From Tubulanus polymorphus (Eukaryota; Animalia; Nemertea): a stretch of DNA of 64,000 nucleotides. The notes beneath the pieces are model-generated. The model did no database searches, was not told the origin of the DNA, and saw only the letters and a program-made list of their open reading frames with translations. Below, one piece after another: positions 27,891 through 39,100 of this stretch. How positions within the stretch are numbered: the stretch's first letter is position 1; every line of letters starts with the position of its first letter. Where the stretch lies: the NCBI RefSeq assembly GCF_964204645.1, contig NC_134029.1:11620850-11684849 (forward strand), written 5' to 3'. Position numbers and translations under genes: made by a program.

Positions 27891-29684
27891 TTGTTTTATT
27901 TTTTACAACTCCCTAAGTTTCAGGTATGAAAATGAACAAATAGGGTATCTAGCCTCTGGTAACAACTGACAATGGAATGTTTCATGTCTACTGTCAGAAA
28001 TATAGATTATATGGGTAATTATGATTAGAAAATGAGCTTATAATTATATCACGTGACCTCTGTATTATCAGTTCTGCCATTTCTGGATAGCTACCCACTA
28101 CTTTCAAACGCAAAAAACTCAAATGTTTTGAATTACAACACCACAAAAAACGGAGCATCAAAATAACAGAGCTGCGATTTTAATCACGCCATCTAGTGGC
28201 ATGTTTGCAAAAACCTTAAGATAAAACTGCCGCGTATATGAAATGTCTGTATGATCTAAAATAATCTGTTCATGAAAGTCGACTGGGCAAGGAAAGAGTT
28301 AAGACAACCTGATTTTATGGATGGGTTATCCTACAGTGCGTGGATAACTGATTTGATTTTGGGTCTTGTAGGTTAAATGACAAGGTCACTGGAAGCCTTT
28401 TTGGATTTTTCATTTCCGGGCTCCAACTCATACGATTTATGAAAACTCGACATTTGATGGATCTCCCGAAGCTAGTTTTCCGACACATTCGCATGATATC
28501 ACGCCATTTGCCAGTATCTCACAGATCTCAGTTCTGATTCTGAATTTATGATACTGTATTCTGATCTTTGCAAGAAGTAGAAAATTTTGATAATCTCGCG
28601 CCATAGTGTTGTCGTATCTGAAAGTTTTCGCGCCATGTTAATCCATGACAATTCTATTGTTGTGATTAGTACTACAGTGCATGCTGTGTAAGCTTGCCGA
28701 AAAACACGTCTGCACTCCTGGACAGCTACTCTGCTGACTTCTGAAGGTTATAAAAAATGTGAAATAGCCATTTGGAGCTCGTTTCTGCTTGTACAGTCCC
28801 AATTTCAGAACAATATTCTTATTACTTGATTTGTGGTTTTATGATGGAAGGAGGATGAGCTCTATTCTTTTGGAAATGTAAGCCTATAGGTCATCCAAGA
28901 TGGCCGCCACAGTAATTTTGGTGTATGAAATAGCTATTTGGCAATACCAATTTCTTGTTACTTGATCTCTTAGTATACTTTATGAGGCGATATTTAAAAT
29001 ATCGGGCAAGTTTTTTTATCTGTTAACTTTTCCGCAATTGGCAGCAGTCTTAACTTTGATTATTGTCAGCATTGTAATAGGACACATCATAAATGGAATT
29101 GGCGTTACCCAGATTTTTATTCTACCTCTAGGGGAGTTAAGTGCTGAAGTACAGTCAAATCCATATGATCCGCATAAGGTTTATCTGGATTTTCTGCTCA
29201 AATGTACACTTTTAGTCCAAATTCTATTTGATACATTTTTCTAATGAAATTATTGGTGAAACCGATACTGTTAAATTCCAAATGTCGCTTACCAATGTAA
29301 CCGGTTTATCTGAATCAATGTTGTTGTGAATGTTGATGAATCACTGTTAATGTTGGTGTAAGGTGAAGTGTATTGATCATAATTCACACTGTGACCCATT
29401 TCATTGTTTCTATAGTGAGTATATGAACGCAGCTATGTAGGCATATTTAGTTATCGTTCAGCATACCGGTATATATGTACATCGATTGAACAATGTCAAT
29501 GGCTAAAATTAAATTAGAAAAGACCATTCAAAACAAATATTCTGGAAATACATGTTTTACTATATCGTTGCATCAGCAAGATATTATCTTGTGAGTGAGT
29601 TAAAAGATGATTCCTTTTGCGCACCAAAATATTTCTGGATCTGAAAACTACCCGCAGTTAAAGAGTTTCTGTTATTATTTTCAG

Positions 29685-29937
29685 GCGATCATTCCTTTGC
29701 CACTGTATGTTACTATAGAAATATGTAAAATGATCCAAATAATATGGATCCATTTCGATATGGACCTGTACTATCCTGAAAGTGATACAAGAATTGAATG
29801 TCGAGCGCTGAATATAGCAGAAGATCTTGGACAGATTCAATACTTATTCTCAGATAAAACTGGTACACTGACAGAGAACCGCATGACATTCAGATGCTGT
29901 AATATTGGTGGCATCGAGTATACTGCATTTCCTGATG
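29685..29937 (+). CDS. P4-ATPase exon (TM4 and phosphorylation motif)
   Basis: [12 protein letters not shown]...[30 protein letters not shown]; contains DKTGT; GT-AG boundaries. Confidence 0.97.
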
Positions 29938-30489
29938 GTATGTATATATATTTCAAATGTCATGAGGAGCTGGTTTCACAATTTAGATCTGACAAAAATC
30001 CAGACTGGGTTTATATTGGTTGTTAAATCTTAAAGCAAAGAGACTTTCAATCCTGATTCTCTTTTTTCCCTAAATGTACCTCTCAAGTAATAGATATATT
30101 TACATGAAACTTTGCTCGTTTAATCTTCATAAGGGAAGGTTGATTTGGTATTATTTTCTTTAAGTAGGTCAGAGATGCTGTGATCATGGCAACCTTAATT
30201 CCAATATGGCTACCAACATTTAAAATACCTTCAAAACACAATTTATCAATCAAAAATCCAAAAAGCAGGTACTGCCATGTGTTACTTATTATCTATCATC
30301 TATTATAAAAGATGAAGCTTCAGTCATGCTGTATATGCCCCAAAGCACTTCTTAAAGTTCTTAAACCTTTGGTCCTCTAGTGTTAAGTAGCAAATTCAGG
30401 GACTCAAATGATCTTTGGTTGAGTACCAGGTATGTCAGTCGTTTAAAAAATATTTATTATTGTAAATGCTATGTTTTTTGCATTTTTAG

Positions 30490-30530
30490 ATAAAGATAAA
30501 TCATATGATAATGAAAATGATAGTTCCGAT
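30490..30530 (+). CDS. P4-ATPase short exon (41 bp)
   Basis: tttttag|...|gtaagt; DKDKSYDNENDSSD; converts phase 1 to phase 0 as the flanking exons require. Confidence 0.7.
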
Positions 30531-30861
30531 GTAAGTAATACTCCTGGAAGTTTCATTACTTTTCTCAGCTTAGGATAAGGCCATTCACAAATGGCAATAT
30601 CTAGTACTGGGTAGGTCTATCTTAAAAGCACATTGTGTAGGTATATCGTCATAATAGGACGGCATTATGATCTAAACATATCTTATTTCATCCTTCTCAT
30701 CATAATAATCTTAATGCTGACTAACTTATAGAGAGTTATTGAAGTGTTGCCAGCATTTTGGAGTTATTTCGTTTTTCGCATTTCATATGCTTTTGTATGC
30801 TTCATATGCTCAGTGTCATCTTAAACAATCACAACAAGAATGATTACATGTTATTTTTTAG

Positions 30862-31017
30862 TTAGATCATCAGTTAGAAAATGAAATATCGAAAATGTCT
30901 AGTATGAAGCTGGGAACTGAAGAATTAACGCGGCGGCACCAACAAATACAAGATTTTTTCCTTCTCATGGCAGTATGTAACACAGTAGTGGTTGCTGCTA
31001 AGCCACATGGTGAAGAA
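30862..31017 (+). CDS. P4-ATPase exon (start of N-domain)
   Basis: LDHQLENE...IQDFFLLMAVCNTVVVAAKPHGEE|gtgagt; CNTVVV is typical of ATP10. Confidence 0.92.
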
Positions 31018-31290
31018 GTGAGTAAGCTTTTGTATCTATTTTCACTGTGCAGCTGATCATGTATGGGACACATGTGGGACAGTGCGACATGTCGCACCAA
31101 TATCTGAAAATCCATCATTTGGTTACGTAAGAATTCTATGTAATTGGAGGGAACATAGAATATATCAGTATCTCGCCCCGCTGGGATGGTTCTGCCTATA
31201 TCCAATTAGCTGTAGTAACATTAGAGCACGTGGAATGTGAGTTTTAAGACAACAGATTTGTACTAATTATGTTATTCATTTTAGGCTTAA

Positions 31291-31917
31291 CCCTTAAACT
31301 GCGGAAGCATGTTAAGTCCTGTGTGTGCCAGATGATTAGCATGTTAACGAAATTAACTCATTTAATCCTCATAATTTCCAAGCTATTGTATATAGGGCAT
31401 TGAAACTTCACAAAGCAGTAGTTCAAAGTCATAGCCAGGGAATAGGGCTGAAGGATTAAATTTCCGATTTTTGGAAGAGGGAGTCCACTGGATGGGTTCA
31501 TTTTTGGGGGTCCAGCGCAAAAAGATCCCTAAGAAAGTCAGAATACTAACAATTTCGTGTTACATTGTCGATATTCATAAATAAAGACAGTAGATTACTA
31601 TATCCATCGTTAAAACCTTTATTATGCTTCCTATTACGGTCTGAATGTTTGAATCTTATTCAAAATCTCAGAATATCAAATTTACGGGGCTATTTTGAGG
31701 TCAAAATTCTTTAAGATATTAAAAGGAGAAATTACTTCCGGGTTTGAATTCTCGAGTATCGGCAGTTGCTGTGTGTTATGAACTATGGCTCAATGCGCTG
31801 CGAGGCGCTTGTGACATAAAAACAAACTTAAATGTGAGATGGGTCGGGCTATCAACTAGAGTCACCTACGGCAGTTCGCCAGTGCGTTGACTACAGTCGC
31901 TTGCGGCAAGGTAAGGG
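31291..31917. mobile_element. piggyBac-like MITE
   Basis: TTAA|CCCTTA ... TAAGGG|TTAA. Confidence 0.8.
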
Positions 31918-32416
31918 TTAAGATCATTATCTTGCTCATGATGACTTAAAGACACTAAAAACCATTCAATTTGGCCCCACATCTAGAATTCTTAAGTTTT
32001 CCGGTGGCGCTTTAAAGATCATGTAGCGCTTAGATAGTTTTTGCTTTGAACGATAGATTATGTTACAGAAATACATAATAATCATTCTTGAGAAATTTAG
32101 CTGTAATGAGTGATGGATTTCTGAAATATTAATGATTGAAAAGTGTATATTTGCAGACCTGCCAACTGTTATGAATAAATAGTAATAGTTTACGATCCTG
32201 ACTCAGAAATTACGATGTCACGTTAGGTATGATGATGTTACGATTTTTAAATATGTCTTATTTTTGTTACGATGAAACGTCATAAAATTACGTTATTTCT
32301 CCATTGTGTTACGATAGAATGTTGTTATATTACGTTTTGAATGAATGAGGTTCGCCATTTAGCCGCTCGTGGATAGATGGCGCACGTGTCGGGAGAGGTG
32401 CTCATTTCTCTAAACA

Positions 32417-35397
32417 ATGGCGGCCAGATGTGAAAATAAAAATGTAAATGAACTTAAAGTTGAGTTGCAGAAGAGGGGAGCAAAGACAACTGGTTGTAAA
32501 TCTGATTTGATTGAAAGGTAAGATAAGTTCCCTACCGCTCAAGTGTCATACTATCCTAGAAATAATCCATTTGCACTGCTAATCCGATAAAAACACAAAC
32601 TTAAACAATATACGTAGTATGTAAGTTTTCATTTCTTAGAATCCCTACGGATCTCGCCATCTCTTTTCCTGGAACAGGGAGCATGAGTTATGAAAAACTG
32701 GTGGCAGCACCTCCCGGTCGTATTTACTTAAGCATTATCGGGTTGTTTTCAGGCTGGAAGCTTATGATCGCAATGAAAACTTTCAAAACGAAGCAATCAT
32801 CATACCCAGAGAACTTCTACCAAATTGGCCAGGAGATGTTACAGGCTTTAAGCAGCTGTCCAGAGATCATAGAAACATCCTGCCTAAAATTACTGATGAT
32901 CACATTCGTGGATATTTCAAGTTTAGACTGGCCACTGACAGGGAGATGACAGGTGACAATAAAGCCATGGAGAAGGCCAGATTAATGCTAGAATCGAATA
33001 GAGTTGAAGCCTGCAGTTACATTTCCCTGGATGTTGACATATTTTTCACTGCTATTGTCAGGGCAGCTATGAAAAAAAAAGGTATGTTCCTTTGAATACT
33101 ATAGGTATAATGAATTATTATAGACGGACGACGGGCGCCGAAGGCGCTCGGAGGACGTCCCTTTGATAAACGCGTATATGTGGATGCTAGAAAGTGTCTT
33201 CTTAACCGATTCTGACTAGCTGACGAAGTCAGAAAAAAATGACGTCACTTGACGTCCGGTTTGAAGTTCATGGGGAAATTGGAAGTAGAATTACGTCACG
33301 CTAAAATCCAGCATTCCACTAACTAAAATAAGGTAACTTATGGATCGGGTTATATGAGAATGTATTTATTTCATGAAATTTCGAACAAGATTGGGTCGAT
33401 GAATAGTTTAACAATGAACCGCGTTGATCGATCGAGTTGAAAATAGCTGAAATTCCCTTAGCAACAGGAGCGAATTCATAATAACAAACCACACGTGCCG
33501 GCGCACGGTTCAGCCATCGCAGGCTCGAATCCCGGAGAATTACGCTCTCGCGTGCGCATGCGACAGTCAACCCCAGCCGTAGCACTGAAATATGTAATCA
33601 TTTATCAAATTTAATGACCCTAAAACTGCGATGAGTCGCGTTGCTGTACGATTTGCTTAAAATTTCACGGCAGCGCGGCGGCCCGAGGATGAATCGGACG
33701 GTCTCGCTCCACGGAGCAGCGACATCGCGGTCGGCAAAAACATTAGTCTCCGCCCCTTCTTTCACCAAATAAGGAATTCGGTACCGCTGGCCACGTGCAC
33801 TATTAATTTTGAGCCTTAGATTCCCGGTACTCGATATTCCCCCGAGAATTAGAAACAAATAAATATTTTTCGCGAGAGAAATCAATTTTTGTATTGACAT
33901 TTGAATTTTACTGCTGATGATTTATTCGATTTTTTTTCTGGCAGAAAAAAATTATGCGATTGATGCGTTTCAACGTGTCTTTCATTTTTTCGTGTCTTCC
34001 TTTACTTTTCAAATGGAGCTAATCTCTAAATTAACACCAGGTCAAATTCTTCAATCTTGCAAACCGTCTCAGTTTCACCATAATGTCGGTTTTTACATTT
34101 CGGGTTTTACAAAGTGGTTTATAAACCATTGAAAAATTCCTGATACAAATCGAAATAGTAATCTTTTTAGCAGTGGTAAACCGACCTACCCCGGGTAGCC
34201 AAAGACCAGTTTATATTTAGTTAAGAAATGAGTCAAGTTATTTTCATAGAAAATTGAATTTCATTAGATCTACAGATCAAATGAACAGGTTCGTCATAAT
34301 TTTCCTAATCAAAATATAAGCCAAAATTTTTAATAACCAGAAATTAATCGAACCTTAAATTTGAAGTTTCATCTTTCTTTCCCCCACCACTTAACTATAT
34401 GGCATTAGTTTTCATTTTTCCAAGCTTAACAATAAGAATTGATTTAATTTCTTCAATAATTTAATGCTCGGGGCCCAAATCTACAGAACAATTTCAACAT
34501 CGAAATAAAATTGATAGACTTTAAGAGTTATAGTAAGAGTTTCTTGGCAGTTTCATTGAGAACAATTAATTTTCTCGGTGTTCCTTTAGTCACTGACATT
34601 ATTTTGAGTGGTTTTGTTACACTCCGTGAACGAGGTTGTTTTCGAATCGTTATGATTTCTTAATCTTAGTCGTAAAAATTAAATCAAGCTGCAGTGACGA
34701 AGCGTCCGTCACTTAGATTTCATCTATTACATATTATTAATGAATTCTGATAACAGTATCGTATTGATCATATAAAGGTACATCTCATCATCAAAATTTT
34801 AGAACTTGAGATTAGAAATGGAGAGGGAAAACCCTTGTGGCGAGATTTAACAAATCTTTTCAGGTCGACAAACCTACATGTACTTATGATTTTCATTTTG
34901 CAGATATCTTCTGCTATAGAGATCAACACCAGGAACCAAAGTGATTCGTCCTTGTGGTTTCAAGTTCGGCAATGGAGGATCACAGCTTCTAGGTTTGGGG
35001 AGATCACAAAAATTACGGACAGGCGAAATATAGAAAAACTGCTCAAGTCTAACATCAGTCTCTCCAGATTTCGACACAGAGGCAACCATTCATGGACTGC
35101 AATTTGAAAATACTGCCACTGATTAATGCCACTGATGGGAATTTCCGATTTCTAGAGATAAATGAGAATGGGGCGTTACAACCCAAAAGAACTCACCATT
35201 ACTATACTCAGATACAGGGGCAAATGCATATTACAAGGAGAAAGTTTTGTTACTTCATAGTTTATGTGTTCAAGGACTTGTTTGTAGAAAAAATATTTTA
35301 TGATCAGAAATACTGTGATACTATTATCCCAAAACTTAGAGAATTTTTTAATCAACATCTTGTCAAATTCATAGCCTCAACCTTGACATCAGCTTAA
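32417..35397 (+). pseudogene. ISL2EU accessory gene: SAP domain plus YqaJ/lambda-exonuclease domain; spliced and decayed
   Basis: Exon 32417-32517 NVNELKVELQKRGAKTTGCKSDLIER (SAP); exon 32753-33081 LEAYDRNENF...; 34903-35397 TRNQSDSSLWFQVRQWRITASRFGEI and HHYYTQIQGQMHIT...CYFIVY; central catalytic segment is missing. Confidence 0.85.
33117..34725 (+). mobile_element. HINE-like insertion inside the YqaJ gene
   Basis: 5' gacggacg plus hairpin gggcgccgaaggcgctc; 3' hairpin gtgacgaagcgtccgtcac containing the complementary cgtccgtc. Confidence 0.6.
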
Positions 35398-35529
35398 ATT
35401 GGAATGTGAAAAAGTTTAATATGAAATAAATTTAGAATATGACTTATTTTATCGTTACAATGTTTCTTCATCTCTTTATGCTAAATGTCCAACGATAGAT
35501 TTTTCAAAGTTACAAAACATGAAACAAAT

Positions 35530-35798
35530 AAAGAGATCTAGCTGGGAATCTTGTAGAAACGTAGGGATATTACAGTGTACATCAATAGGAGCAAACAAAT
35601 CTTGACAGTTTAACCCACGGTCGGCCATAAAACTATCGCCGGGCTGAAACATCTTTTCCTCCTTAGATACAAGAGGAGAACGCTCTAAAATTTGTCTATC
35701 GCTGGTTGTTCCTCCATAACAGGGGCTAACATATGTGCCACGCAGAGAAATACCAATCATAGACTTCAATGTATTCTTGTTCTTATAGGTAGAGAATG
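35530..35798 (-). pseudogene. ISL2EU transposase, C-terminal DDE portion
   Basis: TFSTYKNKNTLKSMIGIS..GTYVSPCYGGTTSDRQILERS...GDSFMADRG...NIPTFL (DDE_Tnp_4-like); the final E-containing motif is absent. Confidence 0.88.
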
Positions 35799-36149
35799 TA
35801 CACAAATCAGTTAATGCTACATGAAAAATTTTCAGTGAAACCGAGCATGAGTCACATAATTTCGTGGATACAAAACTCTGCGCTTCGAAAATGTCGGTCA
35901 TTTCCAGGATGCTACGGTGAATTGTAAAAATCTAGACGTACACGTGTGACCTGTTTACAGAACTGATAAGAAATTCCAACGAGTCATAAAACTGAGAAGT
36001 ATACATGCGCATATACAAAACTACACTTGGAGTAACCGCGAGTTTCAAAAACAGATTTAGAATACTATATATTTCACGAATCATTCGATGAACATCACGC
36101 TCAAAACTTTCATAATCAATTTCAATGTATGGTCTAGGCTATTCAATTA

Positions 36150-39100
36150 TAATAGCGTAATAACATTTGGTAACTTACTTTGTATAATCTGTATTGTTGT
36201 TTCATCTGCGGGAAATACGGACGATTCATCGACTTTGTCTATACTGGACATATCTGAAGAAATATTTTTGAGAACAGTCAAGTTAAAAGAAAATGTAAAA
36301 ATATATCTTTGAATTTGAAATATCATATCAATTAAGTAATCTACCTAGGTCAGAATTAACTATATTTGGTGGCGATGTCATCAAACTCATTTCTCTCGGC
36401 TCCATCAGTAAGGTTTCGTCTCCTAAAATAGCAACACAGCAATTAGCAATCCAATCGAATATAAATATATTGAATAGGACTTTTTCATTTTCACTAATAA
36501 GCTCACCGGCTATTGCCTTAATTTGTACACATATTTCTTCATTTCTCTCAACTGTTTCGGATTCTTGGTGACGTAGAAACAAGATATCAGGTGACGAGAT
36601 GTCAGATACCTCCGTAATGCAGTTAAATTCTACGTCTTCATTCGGATTTTGTGCTGAAAAGTAAATAAGCGTATTGATATTGGATACATTGAAATATAAA
36701 ATTATGGGGAAACGGCAATACTCACAGCAAGGCATATCGTTAATCAAGTCAGTTTCTACGATTTCGTCATCAGACATCTTAACTTTGATCATTGGGAGAC
36801 GTATTTTCTGTTTACACAACAAGTCCAGACAATCATCCCAGCATTTTCTGACATGTAACTCACACTCCTTTCTTGAGGATGACCGAAAATGAAATAGCCC
36901 TGGAGAGATTTGCTGGTTGTTTTCATCGTTTCCATCTATCCACTCTATTCCTTTGTCGCATACTTTCCACCATGTGTTTTCACCGAGTACCAAATAATCA
37001 GAAATCCGTCGAAAATGTGCTTGAACTAGAGATCGTCTCTTACACAGCATGTCCCACGTAATAATTGTATTTTTTCGGAATGAAGAGAGAACTTTGGTCT
37101 CCTTGCTGATTCGTGACACCTGAATAGCTAGCGTATCTCGTTTATAGCAATTCTGTCGCTCAGCTTGATGGCGAAGAAAAATATTACCGATAACGTAACC
37201 GGGTCTTTTTAGGCCCGTTGTAGCAGTAATACGCTTGCAGTCCAAATGTCCTTTCTTCATTTTCAGCTAATAGGGAACTTAGCGGAATCAAATGGAAGAC
37301 ATCAGCCATATGAGCGGTAATCGAATGGAAATATGATCCATAGAAGCGACGTTTTGTTGTCTTTTTTGTTGACGGGATACCGATTACTTTTTCACAAAGA
37401 AATCCGAACTCGAATGTCAGATTATATAATCGAAGGATGAGCTTTTGCGAACGTTCACTTTCCGGGCTGTAGGCTATATCACTGATTTCTGCAAGTGAAG
37501 ATACAACTCTTAAAATATCTGTTGATATCAACCAGGGAAGTGTGATGAGATGGAATACAGACGCTTCTAATTGCCGGATGTAGGCTATTCAATTCAGCCC
37601 GTACATCAAAGGTTACGGCAACAGCAGTAAGCTACGCTTATCAAGTGTGTGTTACCAGCTGAACATCAGTCAACATCAACTTTGATTCGGTCGCAGAACA
37701 ACCCGCAATAGTTTTAGCCCGATTAATGTTCTGCTATCGATACTACGCATGCGCACTGGGGTTCATTGAACAACGAGGAAGAAGCTGCGCATTCACATAT
37801 TTTTCTGTAGAAAATCGGTTCAAATTCAACTATTTCTCGTAAAATTTGTCCTAATAGGTATGTATTTTTATTCTTCTATATCTCCGAAACCCGGTATCGG
37901 AACATTCAGTATTTATACTGTGATTAAAGTCTGTTCTTATGTGTTAAACATATGTTTTTGACAGTTCGTTCCGATTCCGGGTTTAGCGTTATTTGGGTCT
38001 TGAAGATGTCAAATATTTCGGCTCAGACTCGCGCAGCTTTCGTTTCTGACGTCATGTTGCTATGTTACGACACAAACTTATACACTACACAAAATATGAT
38101 CTTTAAAATGTGTATTTACTACATAATAATGTCATTTAATAACGCTTACATTAGGCCTACACTTACAGTACATTAATACTAGCCATTTTTTATAGCCTGG
38201 TTTACGGTCACTGTCGCCGGAATTTAGAAAAATTGCCAATAAAAATAAGTTTTATTTTTATGCTTTCCGTTCATTCCCGCTCTATGAGAAAATGTAATTT
38301 TTAAGAGCAGACAGATATCAACTAAGACATGCGTAGATCTTTTTTAAGCCTTTATTCAGGAAAATCGTACAGATTTTGATTTTGATTTAAATAGCTAAAT
38401 AGCGAGCAATTATGCTGATCTATATACCATCAGCAATCTTATTTAATTAGCCTTTTCTTGTTTTTTAGTCATGGATCTTTGTCGTCGTTTGGTGTGGAGA
38501 AAATGCAAACCTCCTGATCGCTGTCCTATCAATAAAAACGATACATTGATTTTGTATGCGTAGTCCAAATTTTATTAATCGATTTTCTATAGTGTACTGC
38601 TGCTATTTTGAACTGAATTTAAACACTCGATGGTTGATCACTTCCGTCATAGCCTTTTGCAAATTGTTTCTGCAATAATAACAATAATAATTATTATTAT
38701 TATTTTAATATGCACAGTTTTATCTGGGTTTTTAATATATTATGTTTCAATAGATATAAAAAATAATGCTCTCGTTTTCTTGTGGTCTCTGGTCAGCTGT
38801 CTGAATCTAGGCCTATATGAATAAGACAAGGAAAAAATAAATTGCCTGAATTAGATGGAAACTATCCTGAAATTTCATTGAGTCAAAGGAACTGTTCTTG
38901 AATAATGGAGGATTTTGCACAGACTACAACCAAAATGTATAAAATAACGAATTATATCCCTGAAATAAAGTATCAGACTCACTAGAATCGGCCGATTTAA
39001 TTGATCCAGTAGATCGTCAAAATCGTCATCATTTATACTTTCGTATTTATTCTATAGATATTTCAATTTATTTTCGTTGAAAATTGAAATATCTATAGAA

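Noticed and set aside
30570-30610. Possible extra flippase micro-exon after 30530
   Set aside because: It would need an intron of under 40 bp and has an in-frame TAG; the phases already match without it.
32417-35397. YqaJ gene as evidence of a viral or phage insertion, or of a Kolobok element
   Set aside because: It has spliceosomal introns and lies within TIRs flanked by AT (not TTAA) opposite a Harbinger-type DDE gene, which fits ISL2EU.
35812-36330. Possible RAG2-like gene convergent with the RAG1-like gene
   Set aside because: Only about 0.3-0.5 kb remains before the TIR, and I see no kelch- or PHD-like ORF on the + strand.
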